DNA of 64,000 bases from Negativicutes bacterium (GCA_963665275.2 CAXXIN010000007.1:1-64000); one strand, 5' to 3'. Shown: positions 51,174-60,740, numbered from the stretch's first letter. The notes: a model not told the origin generated them from the letters alone. Made by a program: numbers and translations.

Positions 51174-51270
51174 AGTCGATGCCTCCTCTGCTTTGTTCCA
51201 ATATGTAAAGGCCGGATCAGACCGGCGTTGCTTTCTTGTTCAGTCAGATTGTTTTCTGATTGTTTATTTT

Positions 51271-51301
51271 GTGGGGACACCGCTATTCACGGTGTCCCCA
51301 C
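51271..51301. other. Perfect 12-bp hairpin after the solute-binding protein gene (mRNA stabiliser or partial terminator)
   Basis: GTGGGGACACCG / CGGTGTCCCCAC; no U-tract on the transcribed minus strand. Confidence 0.6.
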
Positions 51302-51307
51302 TTGATC

Positions 51308-52501
51308 CTATTTTTTGTGTTTTTCCGGTACATAACGGCCAAGATCGATGTACTTGCCGTTTTCGAGTTTATACATTACCATCGACAAGCCTACCGGTTG
51401 GTGGGTTTGCGGCGAGATCGTAAGGATTCCGGTCGTTCCCTTCACACCAGTAACTTTATTCAGACCTTCGAGAATTTTATCGGGAGTAGCGCTACCGCCC
51501 TGTTTAATCGCTTCGGCCACAACCAATATTTTGTCGTAGCCCAGATAAACTTTATTGATGGGATCTTCGTTGTATTTTGCCTTGTAGGCGTTCCGCACTT
51601 CCGCCAATTGCGGTTCGGTATCAGAATAGTTGTTGGCAAAGTAAATGTTGTTGGCTGCCTGTGGATCGTTGAGCATCGAGGCGAACGGCGCTGCGTAGTC
51701 CAAGGCGCCAAGGAAGGGGATTGTCAGACCCAGCTGTTTGCTTTGCTTAGCGGTGATGATCAGCTCCTGTATGTAATTGGGAGCAAAAACAACATCTGCG
51801 CCTGAATTCTTGATTTTGTCCAATTGAGTTTTAAAATCTTTGTCGCCCTTGGAGTAAACTTCTTCGGCGACGATCGTCGCTCCGGCGGCCTTAGCATAAG
51901 CCTTAAACGGCGCCACGAGAGAAACCGCATAAGCATTGGACTGGTCATTGAAAATGGCGATCTTCTTCAGGCCCAGTTTTTCCACCGCATAACTGGCCAT
52001 GATTTCACCATATTGAACAGTACTTGGCTGCACCAGAAACATGGATGGATGCACTTTTCCATCGGTGCCTACAGTAGCGCGCGGATCAGCGAAACTGCCT
52101 ACGAAAGCCACTTTTTTGGCGTCAGCGATGGAGGCGAGGCCGATTCCGATGTTGCTGATCGGTGGTCCGATGACGACGACGGCTTTTTCCTGGTCTGCAA
52201 GACGATTAAAAGCCTTGATGGCTTCCTGCACATCGCCCTTGGTATCCATGCTGATCAATTTGATCTTGGCGCCGTTGAGTCCGCCCTGACCATTAATCTT
52301 GTCGATAGCCAGTTCAGCACCGCGTGTAACCGCGTTGCCCCATACAGAGGTTGGACCGCTCAGATCCTGCAGGTTGCCGACGATGATTTCTTTGGCGGCA
52401 GCCGGCGCCGCAGGTTTGGATGATTGACCGCCACAGCCCGCGAACAGAGCCATTCCTACAACCAGCAAACTAATCAGGGCAACTACTGTAACCTTTTTCA
52501 T
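51308..52501 (-). CDS. LivJ-like ABC substrate-binding lipoprotein
   Basis: Lipobox FAGC; LSGPTSVWG, INGQGGLNG and DFKTQL motifs. Confidence 0.9.
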   Translation of the reverse strand: MKKVTVVALISLLVVGMALFAGCGGQSSKPAAPAAAKEIIVGNLQDLSGPTSVWGNAVTRGAELAIDKINGQGGLNGAKIKLISMDTKGDVQEAIKAFNRLADQEKAVVVIGPPISNIGIGLASIADAKKVAFVGSFADPRATVGTDGKVHPSMFLVQPSTVQYGEIMASYAVEKLGLKKIAIFNDQSNAYAVSLVAPFKAYAKAAGATIVAEEVYSKGDKDFKTQLDKIKNSGADVVFAPNYIQELIITAKQSKQLGLTIPFLGALDYAAPFASMLNDPQAANNIYFANNYSDTEPQLAEVRNAYKAKYNEDPINKVYLGYDKILVVAEAIKQGGSATPDKILEGLNKVTGVKGTTGILTISPQTHQPVGLSMVMYKLENGKYIDLGRYVPEKHKK

Positions 52502-52587
52502 GTTTCTCCTCCTTCTTTCCCCAAAGCGAATTCGATAACGGAAACACGTGTGATCTTTCCAACTTCTCCCCCTTCCACCATCAACGG

Positions 52588-53946
52588 TTAAATATGTTCG
52601 GCTACCTGATCACTATCTGCCGGCGGCTTGCCTTCCCGCCCCTTCTGGTAAATGGGCGCATATTTTGCCGCATCCCGGGGAACACAGCCGGTACAGCCAC
52701 CGTCACGCATGATCGTGGTGCATTTGCTGCAGGCAAGACAGACCTTGCGTGGATCAAAAGCACCTTTGGTCAACAAGTCGGTGGCAAAATCCGGATAAGC
52801 AAAAGCCTGTCGACCGAACCCGGCCAATTTCAGCCATCCCTGCTGCACGCATGCCGCCGCTACATTCGGTGCAAACTGCCGCAGCCAGGTAAGTCCGGTT
52901 CCCATGATGGCCGCCTCCGGCACTGCCGCCTGCATGACCTTCGCCGCATTCAGCAGCAATTGAATACCTTCCAGCGGATGGAACGGCGAAACATAGCCAC
53001 CAATATCGCAGGGACGGGTCAGGTGCGGATTATAGTAAGGATTTCCCAAACTGATGTTGAAGAGCTTGACTCCTTTTTCCCACAGGATCTGCATCAGTTG
53101 AACGGGTTCGGTGAAATCCGGCTTGTGGTAATCATCCTTGTCCACGCCCCAGCCATAAGGCTGCGGCACTTCGTCGAACACTCCCAGACGGACTGCCAGT
53201 GTGATCCGGTCTCCGAGTTTATTTCTGACCTTGTCGACAATATTGCAGAGAAAACGGGTTCGATTTTCAAAACTGCCGCCGTAAGGACCGGGACGGGTTC
53301 TCGCCCCTAACAGTTCCGCCATCAGGTACCCATGGCAGGCCTTGATGTCCACCGCATCGAAACCGGCGTCGGCTGCCGCCTCGGCGGCGGCCACGTAAGT
53401 ATCCTCCAGCGCTTCCAGTTCCGCGTCGGAAATGACAGTAACGCTGGTGAACTTCGCATCGAGATGGGGATTGTGGGCGGCGACGATTGGAGCCGGGACT
53501 CCTGCCGGTTTGCTGTTGCGGCCTGAATGATTTAGTTGGACGACCGTATATGGCTTCGGATGTCCGGCTTTGCGGGCGGCTTCCAGCGCGTCTTGCAACA
53601 AAGAGGCATAAGCATCCTTCACTTCGGCATTCAACATCAATTGACGGGGATTGGCCCTTCCTTCGCTGACAACAGAAGTCGCTTCAAACCATAACAGTCC
53701 GGCGCCGCCGGCAGCAAAGCGTTCATAACGCCGCCGGGTAAGGTCACTTGGTCTGCCGTCGCCTGTACCGTCACAGCCCTCCATTGGGTTGACTGCCAGT
53801 CGATTGGGTACGGTTTTGCCGTCAATAACCAACGGCTGCCCCAAAATGCTAAGATCAGTCGACAGTGGAATATCGACGCCGATCCGGGCAATGTCCTGTT
53901 TGAGTTCTTCCAACGTTTTGTAGCTGAATTTCGCGTGCTGTGCCAT
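52588..53946 (-). CDS. NADH:flavin oxidoreductase (Old Yellow Enzyme family) with C-terminal Cys cluster
   Basis: PNRLAVNPMEG, QLNHSGR, AGFDAVDIKACHGYL, YGGSFENRTRF and CLACSKC..C motifs. Confidence 0.88.
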   Translation of the reverse strand: MAQHAKFSYKTLEELKQDIARIGVDIPLSTDLSILGQPLVIDGKTVPNRLAVNPMEGCDGTGDGRPSDLTRRRYERFAAGGAGLLWFEATSVVSEGRANPRQLMLNAEVKDAYASLLQDALEAARKAGHPKPYTVVQLNHSGRNSKPAGVPAPIVAAHNPHLDAKFTSVTVISDAELEALEDTYVAAAEAAADAGFDAVDIKACHGYLMAELLGARTRPGPYGGSFENRTRFLCNIVDKVRNKLGDRITLAVRLGVFDEVPQPYGWGVDKDDYHKPDFTEPVQLMQILWEKGVKLFNISLGNPYYNPHLTRPCDIGGYVSPFHPLEGIQLLLNAAKVMQAAVPEAAIMGTGLTWLRQFAPNVAAACVQQGWLKLAGFGRQAFAYPDFATDLLTKGAFDPRKVCLACSKCTTIMRDGGCTGCVPRDAAKYAPIYQKGREGKPPADSDQVAEHI

Positions 53947-54027
53947 GGTAGCCCCTCCATTATTCATCAGTTTCTTGTTATTTGCTGTTCTCATTGTCAT
54001 ACATACATTTCGGATTACCTCTGCAAA

Positions 54028-55020
54028 CTAAATCACCGATTTTCGGATAACCAACTGCGCCGGCAGAACTTCGATTTTGGGTCGTTTGGTTCGGCCTTTT
54101 TCAATCAGATCAATCAATCTGAGGCAGGCGCGGACTCCCATCTCATAAAAAGGCTGCGCCACGGTCGTCAGCGGTGGATCGATCTGAGTGGAAAAATCCA
54201 GATTATCAAACCCCATCACGGAGATATCTTGCGGCACCCGCAGCCCCATATCCCGAATCGCCCGGATAATTCCCATCGCCTTGGGATCGCTGGTGGCGAA
54301 TACTGCGTCCGGCCTATTGCCTGCTTCCAAAAGGTTTTTCATCACCTCATACCCATCATCCCAACCGCTGATTCCGTGAATGACCATACCGGCTGGTTCA
54401 GCCATCTTAGCCTCACGCATCGCCCGCAAATATCCTTCATAGCGGTCCCGGTAAAGAGGCAGGTCGAGACTTCCGTTGATGAACGCCAGTTTTTTCAAAC
54501 CACGGGACAGCATGTACCTGGTCGCTTCATACGCTCCGCCCTCATTGTCGAGCACCACCGTATTAATCGACTTACCGAGCTGGCGAATCAAAAAGACAGC
54601 CGGCACACCTTCAGACGGAAGATTCAACAAATATTCATGCCCGGGGCGGGCCGTTGAAAAAATAAACCCATCGATCAATCGGCGACGCAGGCTGTCAATA
54701 TATGATCTTTCTTTAGCAATATTTTCATCCGTATTGCATAAAACAACCGTGTATCCATTCTCCTCTGCCGTGTCTTCGATACCGCGTATAGCTGCGGGAA
54801 AGACCAGACTGCGTATGTTCGGAACAACCAGTCCGATCGTGCGAAGACTACCGCCCTTGAGTCCCTGCGCAAAAGCATTAGGCTGGTATTTCAACTTGCC
54901 CACGGCCTCCATCACACGATTCCGAGCTTCTTCACTTACAGGCACATTTCCGGTAAGCACCCGCGAGACTGTGCTGGTGGAAACACCTGCAGCCTTCGCC
55001 ACATCATGAATGTTAACCAA
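54028..55020 (-). CDS. LacI family transcriptional regulator
   Basis: IHDVAKAAGVSTSTVSRVL HTH, YQPN, VPQDISVMGFD and PPLTTVAQP; TTG start. Confidence 0.95.
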   Translation of the reverse strand: MVNIHDVAKAAGVSTSTVSRVLTGNVPVSEEARNRVMEAVGKLKYQPNAFAQGLKGGSLRTIGLVVPNIRSLVFPAAIRGIEDTAEENGYTVVLCNTDENIAKERSYIDSLRRRLIDGFIFSTARPGHEYLLNLPSEGVPAVFLIRQLGKSINTVVLDNEGGAYEATRYMLSRGLKKLAFINGSLDLPLYRDRYEGYLRAMREAKMAEPAGMVIHGISGWDDGYEVMKNLLEAGNRPDAVFATSDPKAMGIIRAIRDMGLRVPQDISVMGFDNLDFSTQIDPPLTTVAQPFYEMGVRACLRLIDLIEKGRTKRPKIEVLPAQLVIRKSVI

Positions 55021-55036
55021 TGAAGTTCCTCCAGTC

Positions 55037-55062
55037 TGCAAACGTTTCTGCAATCGTTTTCA
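55037..55062. promoter_or_regulatory. Tandem LacI-type operators
   Basis: TGCAATCGTTTTCA (55049-62) fits TGNAANCGNTTNCA; overlapping weaker TGCAAACGTTTCTG (55037-50); just upstream of lacI. Confidence 0.7.
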
Positions 55063-55159
55063 TGATATTATTTCGATCATTTACAGATAAATTCCTGCTT
55101 GTCAGAAAATTTTATTTAACTGACTTTTTACAAGATGAGTGTAAATATTACGGGGGCAT

Positions 55160-55190
55160 AAAAAAGCGCACTGAATCACAGCGCGCTTTT
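55160..55190 (-). terminator. Probable terminator after the CDGSH gene
   Basis: AAAAGCGC.CTG / CAG.GCGCTTTT stem with a T-tract on the minus strand. Confidence 0.55.
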
Positions 55191-55219
55191 CCTTACTTAA
55201 TCTAATACCTTAAAAACGA

Positions 55220-55357
55220 TTAGACAGTTTTGTGTGTTCCGTCACAAAACGGCTGGGTGGCTCTGCGGCCGCAGGCACACCAATAGTAGGTGTCGCCTTT
55301 CTTGAAATCTGCCGCGATTGGAGTTTTTTGACTGATAATTGGTTGTTCCATTTTCAT
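55220..55357 (-). CDS. 45-aa CDGSH iron-sulfur domain protein (absent from the ORF track)
   Basis: Manual translation MKMEQPIISQKTPIAADFKKGDTYYWCACGRRATQPFCDGTHKTV*; WCxC...PFCDGTH motif. Confidence 0.8.
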   Translation of the reverse strand: MKMEQPIISQKTPIAADFKKGDTYYWCACGRRATQPFCDGTHKTV

Positions 55358-55420
55358 CTCTCTCTTTTTCGTGTTCTTAATCATCGCGCTGGTTGTGGAA
55401 TTCTGCAGCTTGAGCCTACT

Positions 55421-55984
55421 TCAAATCCGTTTCGGCGTGTTGGCTTCAATCCATGAGGCAAATGATATCATGAATTTTTGCAAAAATTGTTGCGTCCCCT
55501 CGCTGTTGAAAGCACCCGCCTCATCAAACAGCGCTGCGACATTGCCAATATAGGCCTCAGGCTGTTGCATAGTCGGTACATTTAAAAATACCAGCGATTG
55601 CCGCAAATGATGGTTGGCGCCAAACGCACTCAACCCACCGGGCGATACACTCACCACTGCACCGGGTTTCCCATCCCAGACACTTTGTCCATAAGGACGC
55701 GAGCCGACGTCTAGAGCATTCTTCAATACCCCCGGCACAGATCGGTTGTATTCCGGCGTTACGAACAGAATCGCATCAAATTCTTTTGCCCGCTCACGAA
55801 ATGCTTTCCATTCAGCTGGAGGATTCTCATCAAAGTCTTGATTATAGAGGCTGAGATTGCTGATTTCGATTATTTCTGCTGAAAAGCCTGCCGGTACCAA
55901 CCTTATCAGTTCCTTTGCTATTTTTCGGCTATAGGATTCTTTGCGAAGACTCCCAATGAGTACGCCAATCTTCTTCGTATCCAT
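55421..55984 (-). CDS. NAD(P)H-dependent FMN reductase (ChrR-like)
   Basis: GSLRKES, VTPEYNRSVPGVLKNALD and ANHHLRQ motifs. Confidence 0.92.
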   Translation of the reverse strand: MDTKKIGVLIGSLRKESYSRKIAKELIRLVPAGFSAEIIEISNLSLYNQDFDENPPAEWKAFRERAKEFDAILFVTPEYNRSVPGVLKNALDVGSRPYGQSVWDGKPGAVVSVSPGGLSAFGANHHLRQSLVFLNVPTMQQPEAYIGNVAALFDEAGAFNSEGTQQFLQKFMISFASWIEANTPKRI

Positions 55985-56014
55985 CTACATTCCCTCCAGA
56001 AATTCAATACTTCC

Positions 56015-56345
56015 TTATACCATCTTATGCGTAAGTTGTTGTGAAAGCAATGGTACGATTTCATACAAATCGCCGACGATCCCATAATCGGCGTGGGCGA
56101 ATATCGGCGCGGCTGCGTCGGAATTGATCGCTTTTTGACCGGAGATTTACACATAATGATCCAGCGGCAGCCACTCTTTTTCTTCCGCAATCGGCCGGGA
56201 ACACCCTAATGCAGCGCTCATGGTTGGCGCCAACGTTTCGATCAGGGACAAATCCTCTTTTGCTTTTAGCCCGCGCCCGATGCTGCAGATCTTATCGGCT
56301 TAGTTTAATGTGCACATCCGGCTGCTCAATTTTGTCCGTCTTGGT
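56015..56345 (-). pseudogene. Decayed EtfA/FixB C-terminal fragment
   Basis: [64 protein letters not shown]; internal stop, frameshift, and loss of the GISG.xQH segment. Confidence 0.85.
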
Positions 56346-56390
56346 AAAAACGCCTTCACCCCGCATATAATCGATGAACGCGGTTACCTT

Positions 56391-56456
56391 TTGTCTTTAG
56401 ACAAAGAAAAATCCACTCCATCAAATATTTACAATTTAAATTGTAATGTCTAAACC
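56391..56456. promoter_or_regulatory. Two palindromes, possible operators
   Basis: TTGTCT-TT-AGACAA (56391-404) and perfect TTACAATTTAAATTGTAA (56439-56). Confidence 0.4.
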
Positions 56457-56852
56457 TACTTTAATGTCAACAATTATTGCAAAATAAAAAGCGCACCCCT
56501 TTGGACACGCTTTTCACCATTATCTGATTAATGTTCTTCCCGATCTTAATTCTCGATCATTTTCACCGGAATTTGGATTGATGACAAGTGTTTTAGGCTA
56601 TTATTGGGTGATGAATTGATCAATAATAATCCGTTCCACCGAGTCGCCGGCGACAATATAGCCTTTTTCATCCCTGTAAATTCATTCACCGGATCAAGTT
56701 GCTTAGACATTCTTCATCTCCCAGCAGTTCCTACTATCAGCATTTTACCCCGAATTCGTGGCTAAAGAGAATCGTGATGTGAAAACAAGGATTTTTACCC
56801 CGAAGCAGCTAATTCCCTGAATAGCAATAAAGTCGGATCTGGAGGAACTGTT

Positions 56853-58478
56853 TTGAATTGGCGATATAAAATACTCGCGACCTTCGCGAGTCTCTTTATT
56901 GTAATTATTTGCGTCGAAGCCGCTGATATATTTGGCTTTCAAAGTTTTCGTCCCGTCGTCGCCGTCAGCAAGGCTGGTAATGAAACAGTACTGTCCTGGC
57001 AGCGCCTTCCCTACCCTGCCTATTATGAAATTGAAGTGCTAACCCGTCTGCCTTCCGCAGAAACCAGTTCCGCCAAGACACCCTACCGTCTTATGCATTT
57101 CCACACCTTTAAAAATGAATGGACTCTGTCACAAGATTTTCCGTTTCAGACGTACTGGCGGGTGTCGGCGTCCGGAATGCTGCGCCACCCTCTAGGAACC
57201 TGGTCCGACCCTGTCACCATTTCCACCACGGCGGCGGAACCGGTAACTGAATTTGCCGCGATCAAGCCCCTCCCCTCTGCCAAAGCGCCTTCCGCGAAAA
57301 CAGTCGGGCCGCAACCGATACTTACCTGGTCCGTGGTTCCCGACGCCGTTTACTATGAAATCGAGTTTTTAGACCGTCCGCCCGAAAATCCGAATGGAGT
57401 GGACGAATCAAAACATCGAATTTTTGCATCGCGAGAAGTATTCGTGAACGGGTATAATCCAGATTTGCAAAACCTCAGTATCCGCAACCTGTACTGGAGG
57501 GTGCGCGGCCTGGATGTCCAGGGAAATCCCATCGGGGTTTTCTCTGATGCACAGCAGATTGTAGTCGACAAAACAAAAAAAGAGCCGCTAAAGCCGCTCA
57601 TTACTTCCGAACTAGGAAAAAAAGGCACCGCCGATCTGTTGTATCCCGTTTACTCCTGGATTCCGTTAAAGGAAACTGCTGTCTACGAAGTTGAGCTCAC
57701 CCGCACTCTTCCCGAGAACCCCAACGGAACAGAACCATCCCGCTATCGCATCTGGAGTTCGCGGGCCATCGGGTTCGCCTGCTATGATGAATACCCCCGC
57801 ATAGAGCCTGGTCTCTATTATTACAGGGTCAGAGGCATTATCTCCGACGGTGACCCGCTCGGAGTCTGGTCTGATGTTGCCACGTTCGATGTTGATCCCC
57901 GGCGAGGTAACTTCGCCGCCACCTTTGGCGACAGCATCACCCACGGCGGTGGCGCCATCTCCTATTCGCCGGCGGACTGGGCCTATGACTACCAGACCTA
58001 TCTGAAATTCCCCACTTATAACCTGGGACGCAGCGGCGATACTGCCGAAACAACGGCCGCCCGTTTTGACGCCGATGTATTGCCTTTTAAACCTCGCTTC
58101 CTCATCATCATGACCGGCACCAACAGTCTGCGCGCCAGTGTGGAGGGCGAGAGCGTCATTCGCGATCTTCAGAGCATCCGTGATAAATGCCTGGCCAATG
58201 GAATCCGGCCGATCTTCCTCACGTTGCCCCCCATCAATCCCGATGCCATCCATCGCACCTTCAGCGAAGAAACCTCTCCCCACTGGCAACAAGAACTGCA
58301 GATAGTCAACGCCTGGGTGCGGCGGCAACCTTATTTTGTAGACCTATACCCTCATTTTACGGATGAAGCGGGTGAACTGCCCGACCATTTCGCCATCGAC
58401 GGCCTTCATTACGATATTTCAGGCAAAAGACTGATGGCCACCCTGATCAATGCCAACTGGGAGCGGCTCACCCGGTAA
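56853..58478 (+). CDS. Secreted SGNH/GDSL hydrolase with three FN3-like repeats
   Basis: Signal peptide; three repeats W..(Y)YE.E...Y(W/Y)RV...P.G..SD; FGDSITHG, NLGRSGD, GTNS and DGLH blocks. Confidence 0.85.
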   Translation: MNWRYKILATFASLFIVIICVEAADIFGFQSFRPVVAVSKAGNETVLSWQRLPYPAYYEIEVLTRLPSAETSSAKTPYRLMHFHTFKNEWTLSQDFPFQTYWRVSASGMLRHPLGTWSDPVTISTTAAEPVTEFAAIKPLPSAKAPSAKTVGPQPILTWSVVPDAVYYEIEFLDRPPENPNGVDESKHRIFASREVFVNGYNPDLQNLSIRNLYWRVRGLDVQGNPIGVFSDAQQIVVDKTKKEPLKPLITSELGKKGTADLLYPVYSWIPLKETAVYEVELTRTLPENPNGTEPSRYRIWSSRAIGFACYDEYPRIEPGLYYYRVRGIISDGDPLGVWSDVATFDVDPRRGNFAATFGDSITHGGGAISYSPADWAYDYQTYLKFPTYNLGRSGDTAETTAARFDADVLPFKPRFLIIMTGTNSLRASVEGESVIRDLQSIRDKCLANGIRPIFLTLPPINPDAIHRTFSEETSPHWQQELQIVNAWVRRQPYFVDLYPHFTDEAGELPDHFAIDGLHYDISGKRLMATLINANWERLTR

Positions 58479-59352
58479 CAGGCGCTTTTTCCTGAGCCAG
58501 CAAAGAGTCCCGCAGTTGCTTGGCCTCGCTGAAATAGTCGTGTATGCTGGACCTGTCGCCGGAGCGGATCATCCGGGACACGTCCGAAAGCACCAATGCC
58601 AGTTCCTCGAGATTATTCGCGATATTATCCGGGTTGGTCATACAGATATCCGCCCACATATCGGCATCTGATGAAGCGATTCGAGTCGTGTCGCGAAATC
58701 CGCCTCCGATGAACCGGGCCGTTTCGGTCGGGTTCATTTCTTTTTTCAACAGATGTACCAACGCTGCCGCTGCAACATGGGGCACGTGGCTAATCACCGC
58801 CGTCACCTGGTCATGCTGCTCAACCGCCATGACTGCTGTCATGGCACCCGTCAATCCTACGAGTCGCTGCAGTTCCGCCACCAGGTTGGGCGCCGCATCT
58901 GTCGCCGGCGTGAAAATATACCACCGATTCAAAAACAAATCCGACATGGCCGCTGCCAACCCGCTCTTTTCCCTGCCGGCCATCGGATGTCCCCCGATAT
59001 ATTGAATCCCCAGGGGCAACAAAGGACGCAGCGTATCCGAAAACCAGCGTTTGGTACTGCCGACGTCAGTCAAAACTGCTCCCGATTTCATATGAGGCAG
59101 CACACTCAGGGCCATGGAAAGCATCTGTAACACTGGCGTACATAGAAATACGAAATCGGCGTCTTTGACGGCTTCCTGCGGTGAGGCCGCCATAACGTCC
59201 ACCGCTCCCAGGGAGAGAGCCTGTTCGCCTGTCTCCCTCCGGCGGGCATAGCCGGTCACATGAATTTTTTCAGTTTCGATGCACCGAAAAGCCAGCCCCA
59301 GAGAACCGCCGATCAGGCCCAACCCTAAAATGGAAACCCTGGTGTTTTTCAT
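58468..59352 (-). CDS. tyrA: Prephenate dehydrogenase
   Basis: [28 protein letters not shown] and GFRDTTRIA motifs. Confidence 0.93.
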   Translation of the reverse strand: MKNTRVSILGLGLIGGSLGLAFRCIETEKIHVTGYARRRETGEQALSLGAVDVMAASPQEAVKDADFVFLCTPVLQMLSMALSVLPHMKSGAVLTDVGSTKRWFSDTLRPLLPLGIQYIGGHPMAGREKSGLAAAMSDLFLNRWYIFTPATDAAPNLVAELQRLVGLTGAMTAVMAVEQHDQVTAVISHVPHVAAAALVHLLKKEMNPTETARFIGGGFRDTTRIASSDADMWADICMTNPDNIANNLEELALVLSDVSRMIRSGDRSSIHDYFSEAKQLRDSLLAQEKAPVTG

Positions 59353-60365
59353 GCCTGATTACGCCCCATCGCCTGAGCGATTTTATGGACTTCTTCCATC
59401 AAACCCGTGAAGTTTTCCGGCGTCAACGATTGCATGCCGTCAGACATTGCTTCGTCCGGTTTCGGATGTACTTCAATCATCAGCCCGTCGGCTCCGGCTG
59501 CCACAGCCGCCCGGGCCATCGGCCGGACTAATTTCCAGTGACCGGTGCCATGGCTGGGGTCCACGATGACCGGCAGGTGACAGTTCTTTTTCAGTACTGC
59601 CACCGCGCTGAGATCCAGCGTGTTGCGCGTAGCTGTCTCGAAGGTCCGGATACCACGCTCGCACATGATTACCTGGTAATTGCCTTCATTCATGATGTAT
59701 TCCGCAGCGTTGAGCCACTCATCAATGGTCGCCGCAATCCCCCGTTTTAAAAGCACCGGCTTGCCGGCGCGGCCCACCGTTTTCAGTAAATGAAAGTTCT
59801 GCATGTTGCGGGCGCCGATCTGAAGTACATCGGCATATTCACAGACCACCGGCACCGACTGGGGATCGACCACTTCAGTCACCACCTTCAGCCCGGTTTC
59901 TTCCCGTGCTTCCGCCAGAAATTTGAGTCCCTGCTCCTCGAGTCCCTGGAAAGAGTATGGCGAGGTACGGGGTTTATACGCGCCGCCGCGCAGGAAATCA
60001 GCTCCCGCCTTCTTGACGATCCGCGCAGATTCGAGCAGCTGTTCGCGGCTTTCGACGGCGCACGGTCCAGCCATCACCACGAGGCGATCCCCGCCGATCA
60101 AAACTCCGCCCACATCGATCACGGTATTTTCCGGTTTAAACTGCCGACTCGCCAGTTTATATCCAGAGGTAATCGCCACTACTTTTTCAACGCCTGCCAG
60201 AGCTTCCAACGGTACATCCTGCAGCAGTTTTTTGTCGCCCACCACACCAATGATAGTGACAAAACGGCCTTCCGACAAATGCACTTTCAAGCCTCGCTCC
60301 GTAACCTTGCCGATCACCCGGTCGATATCCATCTGGGCGGCGCCTGCGTTCATTACAATAATCAT
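59349..60365 (-). CDS. aroF: DAHP synthase (type I-beta, N-terminal regulatory domain)
   Basis: [38 protein letters not shown] and DPSHGTG motifs. Confidence 0.95.
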   Translation of the reverse strand: MIIVMNAGAAQMDIDRVIGKVTERGLKVHLSEGRFVTIIGVVGDKKLLQDVPLEALAGVEKVVAITSGYKLASRQFKPENTVIDVGGVLIGGDRLVVMAGPCAVESREQLLESARIVKKAGADFLRGGAYKPRTSPYSFQGLEEQGLKFLAEAREETGLKVVTEVVDPQSVPVVCEYADVLQIGARNMQNFHLLKTVGRAGKPVLLKRGIAATIDEWLNAAEYIMNEGNYQVIMCERGIRTFETATRNTLDLSAVAVLKKNCHLPVIVDPSHGTGHWKLVRPMARAAVAAGADGLMIEVHPKPDEAMSDGMQSLTPENFTGLMEEVHKIAQAMGRNQA

Positions 60366-60454
60366 CTTGTCATTTCCCCTTCGCTTTTACTTTTCTACTT
60401 TGCTTCTTTGCTACTTTCCGTATTCCCGAGTGTGTTGACAGAGATCGCGAAATA

Positions 60455-60722
60455 AATAAAAAATCCCGCCCCTAAAATCAGGGACGGGAATCAATCACCG
60501 CGGTACCACCCTGCTTGCCATGCAAGCCACTCTCTTTCAAGTACGGGACTGCCGTCCGATACTCTAAGCCTTTGATAACGGAGGCATTCCGGCGCAGCCT
60601 ACTCAAAACTTTTCGGCCTGCTGCTTGCAGGTGTATTTCTGCCGGTCCGTTCACCGGGTCGCACCAACCCCCGGCTCTCTGAAGAACTTCTCCTGCGTAC
60701 TTCTCCCGCGCATCGCATTTGT
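60455..60722 (-). ncRNA. T-box riboswitch with Tyr (UAC) specifier
   Basis: Stem I with AGUA, AGAGA and GGUGCGA motifs; GAAA-UAC-ACC specifier (60633-35); T-box AGGGUGGUACCGCG (60499-512); terminator with U-tract. Confidence 0.92.
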
Positions 60723-60740
60723 GATGATGAAGTTATAAAT

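Noticed and set aside
56548-56710. 54-aa minus-strand ORF (MSKQLDPVNEF...)
   Set aside because: No recognisable motif and lies in a decayed region; cannot be supported as a gene
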